The notes under the pieces were generated by a model. It worked only from the letters and a program-made list of their open reading frames with translations. It had not been told where the DNA came from and made no database searches. From Camelus ferus (Eukaryota), in NCBI RefSeq assembly GCF_009834535.1, contig NC_045697.1, positions 47,618,001 through 47,682,000 on the forward strand: DNA of 64,000 nt. The letters run 5' to 3'. This document shows, one piece after another, positions 14,150-25,850 of the stretch. Numbering within the stretch: the stretch's first letter is position 1; every line of letters begins with the position of its first letter. The translations under genes were made by a program, and so were the position numbers.

Positions 14150-15968
14150 GTCAAATTTCCAGTCAAGATGACAGAGCGGTAGGACCACGAGCTTGCCTCT
14201 CCTGGAGACTACAACGAAACCACAACTGAATGCTAAACAACCATCAAAAAGAGACTGGAACCTAGCAAAAAAGATCTTCAGCAACTGGAAATATAAAGAG
14301 GGAAACACAGAGAAGGACAGCAGGAGGGGCATGCTCATGATATAATTGGGCCCCATACCCCTCAGGTGGGCGACCCACAAGCTGAAGATCTGTTAAGTTA
14401 CAGAGGCCCTCCCACAGAGGTGAGAGCTCTAAGCCCCATGTCAGGCTCCCCAGCTTAAGTCCCGGCATTGGGAAGAGCAGGAGACCACAGGACATCTGGT
14501 TTTGAAGGCCAGCAGGGTTTGGCTCTGGGAGCCTCACGGGACTAGGGGAAACGGAGACTCCATTCACTTGGGAAGTGTACACAGAAACTCATGTGCACCA
14601 GGTTCATGGGCAGAGGCAGTGATTTCACAGGAGCCTGGGCTAGGCCTGCCCAGATTTCACAGGCCTGCCTGCTGGATTTGGAGGGTCTTCTAGGGATGTA
14701 AGGGATGGCTGAAGCTCACTTAGGGGACATAAAAGCTGGTGGCAGACATTCCAAAAGCGTTAATCTACATGGAGGCTGACACCTTGATTGGATCATTAGC
14801 ACCAAGACCTAGCCCCACCCAACAGCCTGTAGGCAAGTCTCAGGCCAAACAACATACAGAGTGGGAACACAGCCCCACCCATCAGCAGATCTCCTAAGCC
14901 ACAAAGGCCTCTAGACACAGCCCTACCCACCAGTGGTCCAGGACCAAGCTTCACCCAGCAGGGGGCAGGCACCCGCTCCTCCTGCCAGGAACCCTGCATA
15001 AGCCTCTAGTCCAGCCTCATCCACCAGGTGCAGATAACAGAATTAAGAAAACAATAATCCCAAAGCCTGTGGAAAGAATCCACAAACACATAGAAAGATA
15101 GACGATATGAGGCAGCAAAGGAACATCTCCCAGGCCAAGAAACAAGATAAAATCCCAGAAGAAGAAGTAAGTGATGAGGAGATAGGCAATTTATCTGAGA
15201 AAGAGTTTAAAGTAATGATGGTGAAGATGTTCAGGGAACTCAAGAGGAGATTAGATGCATAGAGTGAAATTTTTAGCAAAGAGTTGGAAAATATAAAGAA
15301 TACCCAAACAGAGTTGAAGAACAAAATCACTGAAATGAGTAACACACTAGAAGAAACCAAGAATAGACTAAATGAAGCAGAAGAACAGATTAGTGAGCTA
15401 GAAGACAGGTTAGTGGAAATCACTGCTTCAGAACAGAAAAAAGAATGAAAAGAAATGAGGATAGTTTAAGAGAACTCTGGGACAATATGAAGTGCAATAA
15501 TATTCACATTATAGGGGTCTCAGAAAGAGAAGAGAGAGAGAGAAAGGACCTGAGAAAATTTTTGGAGAGATAATCACTGAAAACTTCCCCAACTTGGGAA
15601 AGGAAACAAGCACCCAAGTCCAGGAAACGCAGAGAGTATCATACAGAATCAACCCAAAGAGGAACACACCAAGGCACATAGTCATCAAATTGACAACAAT
15701 TAAGGATAAGGAGAAAATATTAAAATTAGCAAGAGAAAAGCAACAAATAACATACAAGGGAACTCCCATAAGGTTATCAGCTGATTTTTCAGCAGAAACT
15801 CTACAGGCTAGAAGGGAGTGGCACCATATATTTAAAGTGATGAAAGGAGGAAACTTACAACCAAGAATACTCTATCCAGCAAGGCTCTCGTTCAGACTTG
15901 ATGGAGAAATCAAAAGCTCCACAGATAGACAAAATCTAAAAGATTTCAGCACCACCAACCCAGCTTTA
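14150..15968 (+). mobile_element. L1 5'UTR plus disrupted ORF1, 3'-truncated
   Basis: L1-type start (agtcaagatg) and GC-rich 5'UTR. ORF1 ATG at 15107 followed by a stop and frameshifts. Peptide RINPKRNTPRHIVIK...TYKGTPIRLSADFSAETLQARREW...PRILYPARLSF is L1 ORF1p. Confidence 0.92.
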
Positions 15969-16902
15969 CTTATGCCTTCTCCACTTACGTCAGTGGTTGC
16001 TCCCCCTTTTCCTAAGAACAGAAAAGAACTGGCTCCTGCTACCACAGGCAGGTGCCTGGAGGGCTGGCCGGTACTTCGAAATGCATTGACATAGGGATAA
16101 TGGGTCAAATTATTTTCCGTATGTGAGACTCTTTGTTTAGACCTGACTGCAAATAGGTGGCTTAAAGGACCCTCCCTACCAGGATCACCTCTCCTCGATG
16201 TTCCATAAACCCCAGGATATCAGACAAATTAAAACCTTGGAAATAACCAGCATCCTCTGGGCAGACTGCCGAGGCCAGGAAGCCCAGCCTCAGCCTGACA
16301 GAGAGGGAGACAGAAAAAGGCCCTTACTAGGGTTTTTCTCATCTTCGTCCAACCATTCTGATACCCCTGACATAAAGAAAGAGAAGAAAAGAAAAGGCAC
16401 GTGGAGGGACATAAACTACAAGAGGCAAGATCCTCCTTCCCTAACTACGTCTCAGCTCTGCCCAGACACAGAAGTAGGAGGCAACATGAAAAAGCACCTG
16501 TCATTGACAGCCCTGTTTGAAAGCCTGTTCCTCCTCAGCAACCATGCTAAGAGGAGCTGAGATGTGGGGGAGAAGAACCAGAAAGAAAAATGCCTTCACA
16601 GACACCCAGCGCTTCAGATCTTCCAAGTTTCCCGCATCTATTTGAGTTCACAACCCCGCGGGAAATCGGTGGGGCGGATGGGAGTGGTGAGGGAGAAGGA
16701 GACAGCTTTAAAAGCAGTTTGTTTTGCAGTGGGTCAAAATTGAGTTCAAAGGGGGGGGGGGGAGGAAGCAATTTCTCCACATTATACATCTATAGTCCAA
16801 ACAGAGGCTGCTTTGTTGGAAGATTCTAGAAATTCTGCAGACAGCAGAGTTGACAAAGGTCAACAGAGTTAACTATTTATGAGGTCCCCTCCCTGGTTCT
16901 TT

Positions 16903-16955
16903 AAAACAAAAACAAAAACAAAAACAAAAACAAAAACAAAAACAAAAACAAAAAC
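16903..16955. repeat. (AAAAAC)n hexamer repeat
   Basis: Tandem hexamer; source of the FCFCFC peptide in the ORF track. Confidence 0.95.
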
Positions 16956-17397
16956 ACATTTCAATTTTCTTTCCCAAGACACAGGAGCAGCCTCTGGGTG
17001 CTGGCTCTCCTTTCTGCTTAACACTGCCAGCGGGGCCTAAGATGGGAGCTGGACCACCAGGGCACCTGCGGACAACCCAAGCGAACTGGGCTGGCCACCA
17101 GCTGGAGGTCCAGCGTGCTGACTGATAGGCTAACATCCCATATCATGTCCTATCCTTTCCTGTTGCTGGCTCAGGGCTCCCGAGTTGACCAGATGCACTG
17201 AGATCTAACAGCTCCAGGGGGCTGTTTCAGGCCAGTCTGAGCAGAGTGACACTGATGCTACACCACAGGAAGAGCTGTGCTAGAAGGCTCCTTGGAACTG
17301 AGCATCCCCTCTGCTGCCAAGAGGGAAGGAGCAGGTGAGGGACCACTGATCCCGCTGGAGAGAATGTTCTCCACACAGAAATGCCTCTTCTCCTTAC

Positions 17398-17592
17398 CTG
17401 GTCACACTCCACCTCGGCACACGCTGCAGTCTGGCAGGTCACTTGGCCACGGTCACATGTGCAGAACTTACAGGCCGAGCCCTTCCACATTTCATCCTGG
17501 TACCGCACAATCCCACCACCGTGCGAGCAGCTTCCGGCAGGAGACACACAGGCCTCACAGCACTGCCCATGACGCCGAACCCTTCTCTGACC
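17398..17592 (-). CDS. FRAS1: FRAS1 coding exon (exon 9 equivalent), VWC repeats 4-5
   Basis: 195 nt, TAG acceptor and GTAAGG donor. GQRRVRRHGQCCEACVSPAGSCSHGGGIVRYQDEMWKGSACKFCTCDRGQVTCQTAACAEVECDQ. Phase 0/0. Confidence 0.96.
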
Positions 17593-17849
17593 CTAGGAAA
17601 CACAGAGAATGGCGGGTGAAGGGCAGTGGTCAGGAGGGTGCGAAGACATCCGAGCCGACGGGGCACCAGGACGTAAAACCCCAACTCTGGGCGCTGTTTC
17701 TTTCTCAGCACCTAATCCAGCTGAGACGACCTCCCTTCCACCTCAGCCTCCTCCCTGGGAAGCAGATTTTTCCTATTTCTTTCCAATATTCTGAACATCA
17801 TAAAACTTTTGATTCCTTCAGAGGACACACTGGACTAAGAAATGCATTT

Positions 17850-17920
17850 TTTTTTTTTGTTGAAGTACAGTCAATTACAATGTGTCAATTTCTGGTGTAC
17901 AGCACAATGTCCCAATTATG
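17850..17920 (-). mobile_element. ~70-bp L1 3' tail insertion
   Basis: Poly-T followed by gttgaagtacagtcaattacaatgtgtcaatttctggtgtacagc. TSD agaaatgcattt at 17838-17849 and 17921-17932. Confidence 0.8.
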
Positions 17921-17982
17921 AGAAATGCATTTCTTAGACCGCCCCTGATAAAGCAAAAATCGAGCTACACACTCCCAAATAC

Positions 17983-18084
17983 CTTTTCACATCTTAATGG
18001 AGGGCAGGTCTGTCTGTGGCACCTGACCTCACCCTGGTCACATATACACGTGGTGCAGGCATTTTCACTCCACTGCTCACCATG
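17983..18084 (-). CDS. FRAS1: FRAS1 coding exon (exon 8 equivalent), VWC repeat 4
   Basis: 102 nt, CAG acceptor and GTATTT donor. HGEQWSENACTTCICDQGEVRCHRQTCPPLRCEK. Phase 0/0. Confidence 0.96.
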
Positions 18085-18399
18085 CTGTGTAAAGAAAGAG
18101 GAAAAAAGTGGAAAATCCAATGTTGCATGTATCAAATAGAAACAGATCCATAAGACCCAATTTTTATTATAGTTTTTAATTGAGCCACATTGAATGTACT
18201 CCTGAAAATTATCATCCTTGAGGCAGCAGTAGTCTCCAAGAAAAAAAGTCAGTAAATGTCCAAAGAGAACTTTGGATTTGTTTTCATCCAACTATATTCA
18301 TTCCACAGATGCACCGAGGGCCTGCTCTATGCCTGGCATGTAGAGGCCCTGGAACATGGAGATTAATAAGAAGATCCTCTTTGCTGCCTAATCAATGGT

Positions 18400-18845
18400 C
18401 ACTCTGCTGGAAGACCACCTCGCACCACCACATGCTCACTTTCCCAGGCTTCCCTGCAGCCAGTGCACAGACTCTGTCCCAGTCCTAACCCAGGGGACCT
18501 CAGGGAAAGTGGGCTGGAGCAGCAGAGGGTGAGGAAAAGACTCTTCTCCCCCATAAAGGAAGAAAAACCCTTTCTTCCACCAGGCTCTAGTGATGATTGG
18601 GTGAGAAGGAGATGCCTGAAGCTGTGGAACATACTGGGACAGGAGGGGAAGAGACAGAAAGTAAATGCCAAAATGCTAAAGATGGCAGGGTGGAAAGGTC
18701 AAAGAGTGTAAATCCTTGACAACGTCATTGAGACCTGGTTGATCAACCCCCAACTGCCCCACCTCTGAGCTTCTTGTTCCAGGAGGTAATAAATGTTTCA
18801 TTTTAGCCACTAGTAGAGGAGCATTTCTGTTACTTGCCACAACAG
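18400..18845 (+). mobile_element. Old MaLR LTR (MLT1-like)
   Basis: 3' motif cttcttgtt...aataaatgtttc...ttagccact...tttctgttacttgc. Boundaries approximate. Confidence 0.55.
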
Positions 18846-19725
18846 ATGTAGAGGCTCTCTCTTCCAGGAGAAATTAATCCAGCACGCGTGTGGCTACTGT
18901 ACTGGACAGCACAGATCTGGCACATACTCAAAGCCTTTCCCCGTTAGTTATTTTCATTTAGACTTCCAGTGACCTGTCTAGAATTTGTGACACCCATCCC
19001 CTAATATTCAGTTCCAGATTCTCTACTGAGAGTCAAAATCCCAGTTTCTATTTGGTCTTCCATAGAATGACTGGCACACAAGGGAAGTAGTAGGGCTTAT
19101 TTTTCATATATTGTTTGCTTATGAATAATTAACCTTCTTTTGACTTAGCTGTCTCCCAAGACAGATCATTCATTCTGTTTGTTGAACTCACTTTTATGTG
19201 GTGACTACTAGGTGCTGGGTAGTTATCCAGACTGCCTGAGCAGTACTTTCAAGTCTGTGGAACCCACTACCACCAGTTTCTCGCTTCCCTTCCCTCTCTC
19301 ATCTCCCACCCCCATGCCCCTGACCCCACTGTAAGGCAGGAAGACACTGTCTCTGGATACCAGTGCATAAAATCCAGCCAAAGCAGACAGACATTCCCAG
19401 AGCCTCCAACCTAAGAGTAAACTGAGAGTAACCAATGACAGTCCTTTTTCCCTTAAGATGTGTGAACAGTAAGTTTACCAAGGTTCATGAACCAGGTGCT
19501 GCTTGCCAGAACATTCTTTTATATTTCTAATCCCCTCCAATTTAATTTTTTTCACAAAGGCTCTTCGTAAAGAGAAGAAAAAAACCATTTATGTACGGAG
19601 TTCCTAATCCTGGCAAAGAGTCAGACATGGGTGTGGGAGGTATGGGGGTTAGAAGGGAGGTGGGGCGGGGGCAGAAGTTTAGGAACGGACATCAGAACAC
19701 CAATACGGGGCACATCAAAGCTCAC

Positions 19726-19809
19726 CTCGTATACTCGGCCAGCTGCAGCACAGGATCGCGAAGAGCACTGTGGGCAACACTTTCCAGGGACTCGGACTAC
19801 AGTTTCATC
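19726..19809 (-). CDS. FRAS1: FRAS1 coding exon (exon 7 equivalent)
   Basis: 84 nt, AAG acceptor and GTGAGC donor. DETVVRVPGKCCPQCSSRSCAAAGRVYE. Phase 0/0. Confidence 0.95.
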
Positions 19810-21776
19810 CTTAACACCCCACCAAAAAACAACCCATCAAAAGGCCATATTAATAAAATCCATGGCAGTAGGAACACTTCACTCACAGCCAACTCAATCA
19901 CGTGCCTCAGGCATTCAGAAACAGCAATTTCCTCTCGTTTAGTATTTATTAGTTGCCTGGGGTTTTGATAAGAATTAGCTCTTCTCAGGTCAGTGGGACT
20001 CTGAAGAAGTCTGCCCATTCCTCAAGTCCCAGCCACTTCTAAGAACAAACAAAGGCACAACTAATAACAGTAACAATAATAATAGGACTTTGTGTTTGCC
20101 AGGTACTGTTTTAAGTGCTGTACATGACCCTGTGAAGTAGACGCCCTTTTCCCACCTTTACAAAGAAAAGTAAAGAACAGAGAGGTTGCGTGACTTGTCC
20201 AAGGTCACAGAGCTGACCTGGTAATAGTAAATGGTTGAAAGAGGGACTTCAGAGCAACAACCATCTCAACACTTAAGAACATTTACATTCTTACTGAGTT
20301 ACTGCTGATGTCAAAGTGAATGTATCCCTCCCTTGATAAACTATTTCACTATTTTTTTCATTTTTATGTGAATCCACACATTTATATATATATGTATTAG
20401 GGAGGTCTTGAACATGAAAAAATTAATCATGATCTTAGATATCTAGGAATAAGCCAGTGCAGAGAAATGTGGGTGACAAACACTAAATGCCCAAAGGACC
20501 CCCCATCACCTTATTCCTACATTCTCAGCTTTACTACTCCCAACCCCAAAAATATCAGACCATTCTGCTGCCCTAAGAAGAATTTTCATAGCAACAGTCT
20601 CCTCATTAATGCCAAAGAGTCAGCTTCTCACTTTGACTTATCAACGAGCCTTTTGAATGGCAGGAAGGTAGACAAATAAAAGGTAGGAAAAGGAAGATTA
20701 GAATAAACCAAGTTTCAATGACTAAGAGGTGGTAGATCTTATATAGAAGATATCTCCTCAACATTTATTTGCACTTTCTCTTACAAGAAGGAGAAAATGG
20801 GATTGTATTATCATGGTTGCTAGGGAATTCACTCTGCAAAAAAAGAAGGCCAGGGTACTTGGAGGTGTGTTGTAGTATAGGGGTCAAGTAAGCTTCATCT
20901 TTCATGGAAAATTCCAATCACATCTCAGCAGTTTTTTAACTAAGTTATACTCAATTATCTATGATCAGTTAGATTAATGTATTACTATCTAATAGGGATT
21001 TATTTCAAACATCTGAATCACTAGAATTAAAATGAGAACTGTTTTCTCTTGTCTAGGTTATTTTATTTCTTTATAATTCTACAAAAATATTGTGACAATT
21101 GATATTTAATGGAGTATGTGAAAACTGGACATTTATGAAATCACTGAGCATTTCTTGACCTCAGAAGTCTTCAGTTTAAAGAAATATCAATGAGGAAGTA
21201 AAATAAAAGTATATCTGATGTCACACTCACTATTCAGTAACTTTATTGAAATAGACAATGAACTTACACAGTGTTAAGTAAACAGGGAACAAATGTCATG
21301 ATCACACATCTCAAAGGGAAATAGAGAGTTAGTCTCAATCTGTCTTAACCAACATGGACTAAACCCAGGTTAAATGGCAGAGTCAACTGGAGAGCATGAG
21401 GAAAGAGTAATTACTTGTATAGAGGTTGGTACAAGGAAAACGAGGCTTTCTGACTTTTATGGACAATACCTAATTATATATTTTATTGACAGAAACAGAC
21501 TCTTTCTTTACAAATAGAGACCCACAAGGACAAGAAGGAAAAGCATTTACAGAGAAAATATCCCAGGATATGAGAGAACTTCATGAGAATTGAGATCCCA
21601 TCTGGGCCAGTGCTTTATAAGCAGGACAAGAGAGGCAAGTAAGAAGAAGATGAGCAGCAAGATGGGTCCGAGAAATGAGAAAGACCTTTTAGCGGTACAT
21701 TTTTGTTGCTATCATACACCTGAATCCCATCAGTCTGGTCTATGTACACTTGCCCTTCCAAACCTACAGATTCTAC

Positions 21777-21992
21777 AGGAGCCAGCATCCTACAGACTGA
21801 TGACCAGATCCAGCCCACCACTGATTTCCATAAACTTTTACCGGAACACAGCCACATCTATTCATGTACATACTATCTATGGATGTTTTTGTGCTACAAT
21901 GGCAGGGTTGAGCAGTTGTTCCAACTATGTGGCATGCAAAACTGAACATGTTCACTATCTGGCTCTTTACAGAAACAGTTTGCCAACCCCAA
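21777..21992. mobile_element. hAT-Charlie MITE (MER58A-like)
   Basis: ccagatccagcccacc, gaacacagccac, ctatctggctctttacagaaacagtttgccaacccc. Confidence 0.75.
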
Positions 21993-22095
21993 GTCTAATA
22001 TGGTACCCTCAGTGATCACAGGAGTTCAATACCAAAAAAAAAAAAAAAAGATTAATGACATTACAATTTTGGGTAGGACCACCTTTTAAGATACA

Positions 22096-22327
22096 CAGTT
22101 GACCCTTGACCAATGTGGCAGTTAGGGAGGTGACCTTCTGCACAGTTGAAAATCTGAGTATTAATTATAGTCAGCTCTCAGTATCCAGAGTTCCTCCATA
22201 TCTGTGGTTCCACATCCATGGATGCAACCAACCATGGATCAATTAGTACTGTAGTATTTACTGCTGAAAAAATCCACATGTAAGTGGAGCCACGTAGTTC
22301 ACACCATGTTGTTCAAGAGTGAGTGGT
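22096..22327. mobile_element. TcMar-Tigger MITE (MER8-like)
   Basis: Ends cagttgacccttgacc and tgttgttcaagagtgagtg are degenerate TIRs; ~230 bp. Confidence 0.75.
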
Positions 22328-22567
22328 ATTTAATTATCGTTTTCCACATTCCTTAAATAAAAATACTTATGACAGAATTTATAGCATATTATGGCCAAGA
22401 GCTCTTGAACAAAGTATCTTCCGCTATGACACTTCTGAAGCAATAGAAATTAGATGAAAATTCTACCACCAACCTCCTGCCATTGCCAAGAGGAAGTCCC
22501 ACTGAGCATAAGACAGTCTGTGGCCTTTCTTTACTTTGTAAACCTAAACAGAAATAAGAACCATTGA

Positions 22568-22725
22568 GGGGAGGGTATAGCTCAGTGGTAGAGCATGTGC
22601 TTAGCATGCATGAGGTCATGGGTTCAATACCCAGTACCTCCATTACAATAAATAATTAAACAAATAAATAAACCTAATTACCTCCCCCCTTCAAAAAATA
22701 AATAAAATAAAAAAGTTAAAAAAAC
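22568..22725 (+). mobile_element. tRNA-derived SINE, camelid Vic-1-like
   Basis: ggggagggtatagctcagtggtagagc (A box), gggttcaatacccagtacc (B box) and an A-rich tail. Flanking taagaacca repeat at 22555-22563 and 22726-22734. Confidence 0.85.
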
Positions 22726-23079
22726 TAAGAACCAACATTTCCTCTCAAATCTCTGCCTTCCTATATCAAACACAACATGCGTTCATCCCCACAGGGTGGG
22801 GCTGCTGCTGTTTGGAGCGGCCAGAGTGCCCACCTAGTCTTTCACCTTTGTCAATGTCTTTCTTTCTATACCTAGTCGAGCCCATAATGTAAACAGAGCA
22901 AAACAAAACACAAAGAGTGGGATGCATGTGTACTGGGGGAGGGTGAGCAGAGGAAGTGATGAAAGCAGCAGAAAGAGGATGCCCCGCAAGTGGAGCATAC
23001 AGTCCCTGAGCGACATGGAGAGAACCCTTGCAGCAGCGCAGAGTGGGGGTTATAGTCTTTTGTTTCATGAATTCAAAAT

Positions 23080-24200
23080 GTGAGAGGCTTGGGCAATGGA
23101 GATAGAAAAAGATCTCATCTCAGGACAATAGAGATACACAAAACAAAAACCTGCCGGACCTTTGGATGAAGAGATATGCACATTTCTTAGCATCTGGCTA
23201 TGGAGCCAAGAAGAGAAATTAGCCAAAAGCAGGCCACTTACCCCTGAAGCTTTCAAGTAGTAGGTATGGACAGATTTCTCTTGATCAAGGATGAGGAAAT
23301 AGAAAGAAAGGAACTTGAGGGGAAAAACCCTAAACAGCAAACAAAAGTAATAACATTCTGAAGATTCACAGAAAAAGCAGATGTCTGAACACTACGTACT
23401 GCAGGATCTAAAAGAAAAGATTTAAAAGCCATTTTGCAACCTCAGTAAGATACAAGAAAATGCAGTCTTTATTAAATAGAAGCAAGAAGCAATAAAGAAA
23501 GAAAAAACATTGGGATTAAAAAAGCAGATGAACCAATGATAGGCAAAATAAGGAAGAATTAAAAGAAAATTAAAGCTAAATTGTCAAATTAAAATCAATA
23601 CTGGAGGTAGTAAATACAAACTCAAGAAACTTTCTCCATAATGCAGAGGAAAGACACAAAGTGAAAAATGATGAGAGAATATGATCGATAATGAGGGGGA
23701 AAGATCAGGAAGCAAGCTAAGAATTACAGGTGTTCCTGGAGAAATGAGAATAATGGAACAGACATGACTAATCAAAGCCACAGCTGAAGAAAACATTTCG
23801 AAAACTGGAATACAGACTGAAAGGGATTTGCAATATTCTAGGTAAAATATGTGGAAAGACACCTCACTTAAAAATATCCTGGAAAAAAGTTCTAATTATA
23901 AAGATAAAGAAACATCTTGCAAGAATTCAACAGAGTAAACTAGCTGAATATAACAGAATAGAAAGCAGACAAACCTCAGACTTCTTCATGGCACTAAATT
24001 CCAGAATTCAATGGAAAGGAGTTGATATGGGAAGGTTATAATCCCCCTAAATTTTAGACCCCTACAAATTATCTTTCATGAATGCAGTCAAAAAGAAAAT
24101 AATTCTCAAATACTTAGTGGCTCAGAAGACACACCAGTTTTCTTTTTTGAAAAAATATCTGAAGATGAAGTTCAATCCACTCAGATTAATCAACATTGGG
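23080..24200 (+). mobile_element. Old degraded L1/HAL1-like ORF1 fragment
   Basis: A-rich, with decayed ORF1 motifs (ctaagaattacaggtgttcctggaga; acctcagacttcttcatggcactaaattccaga). Boundaries approximate. Confidence 0.5.
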
Positions 24201-25309
24201 AATGGGAAAACTGTATTAAAAATGGTGGTACTATCATGAGGAAGAAGTCTCATCAGACTGAACAGACCATTTTAATGAGACTACAAAAAAGCAGACAGGT
24301 TACGGCTCTGTTCACAAGGCACCTGGAAAGAAGCTGAAAGCAAGTTATTCTCTTAAGAATTTACACTACCCACTATGGGGAAAAATCCCTATTTGAACAA
24401 AGTAATTTCTCCTTTTGTCAGAGATGATCACCAACTTCTAGAATGTGATTAAAACTATGCAAACAAACAAATATATCCATATTTGCCTACCAAAAAGTTA
24501 GAATGGATTACAAAAAAACTTCTATCATGATCTTTTTGAATAGTGGAAATATGAATGATTGTTTTCTTTTCTGCTTTTCCCAAATTTCCCTTAAAAAATG
24601 CAGAGTCCTTTTACAATAAAAAAAAAAACACCTATATTAAAAAATCAAAATTTTCTACAGCTCAAGACCTGGAAATACTTTTCTTCAACTGAACTTGCAT
24701 TTTTTAAATACTGGATGAGTTAAAACATATAAAATGCTTGCAATCATGATCCGTGATGCTAGGAACTATTGTGATTGTGATTATCATACATAAATGATAT
24801 GTAACTTGTATCCATAATGGTTAAAGATATGAGTCAACTGTGGTCCTTTGAGGTTGTGATGTAGAACTGTCTAGGTTAGAAGCACTGACACTTCCTAACT
24901 GTGGTACCCTGAGTGAAATATTTAAACTCTCTGAGTCTCAGTTTTATTTACTGTAAAATGAGATGATAATAATAGTGGCTACTTCATAGGTTGTTATAAG
25001 AATTAAAAACCCTTAAAATTAATGACTGGCACATAATAAATGCCCAAAATGTGGTGATGGTTAGATTGTGGTAGTGATAAATGTTTCCAATCGGTGCTAA
25101 TTCTATAGCACCTCTTTATATCCTCAGAACACTCAATACCTAATAGTGATATTAAATCAAGAAAAAATGGCTTAAGTAATTTAACAATTGGATTTTTTTA
25201 ATGTCAAGGCAAAAACTATAGACTTGAGGTAAGAGTGATTAAAATCAATCTACTTCCAAGACTTCAGAATGCTTACCTATCACTTAACTCTAAAGTACTG
25301 TAACAGATA

Positions 25310-25850
25310 CATACACCCCAATACAGCAGCACTGTTTATAATAGCCAAGATACGGAAGCAACCTAAATGTCCATTGACAGAAGATTCAATAAAGAAGTTG
25401 TGTGTGTGTGTATAAATATATATATATATATATATATATAGTGTATATATATAATCATCTATGGAATGCTACTCAGCCATAAAAAAATAAAATAATGCCA
25501 TTTGCAGCAACATAGATGGACCTGGAGATTGTCATAGTAAGTGAATTAAGCCAGAAAGAGAAAGAAAAATAACATACGATATCACTTATATGTGGACTCT
25601 TAAAAAAATTACACAAATGAACTTATTTACAAAACAGAAATAGAGTCACGGACATAGAAACAAACTTCTGGTTACCAAGGAGGAAAGGGAATAGGGAGGG
25701 ATAAACTGGGAGTTCAGGATTTGCAAATACTAACTACTATATATAAACTAGATAAACAACAAGGTCATACTGTATAGCACAGGGAACTATATTCAACACC
25801 AAAAAGAATAGGAAAAGGAATACATGTATATATATCTGTAAAAAAAACTA
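25310..25850 (+). mobile_element. L1 3' end fragment
   Basis: gcagcactgtttataatagccaag, atgccatttgcagcaaca, tactgtatagcacagggaactat are ORF2 C-terminus/3'UTR motifs. Boundaries approximate. Confidence 0.85.

Noticed and set aside
17277..17921. 214-aa plus-strand ORF overlapping exon 9
   Set aside because: Antisense shadow of a GC-rich exon that runs into an L1 tail. Non-ATG start and no recognisable domain.
22568..22645. tRNA gene
   Set aside because: It continues into a SINE body and A-rich tail with a flanking repeat, and a second diverged copy lies at 57.1 kb.
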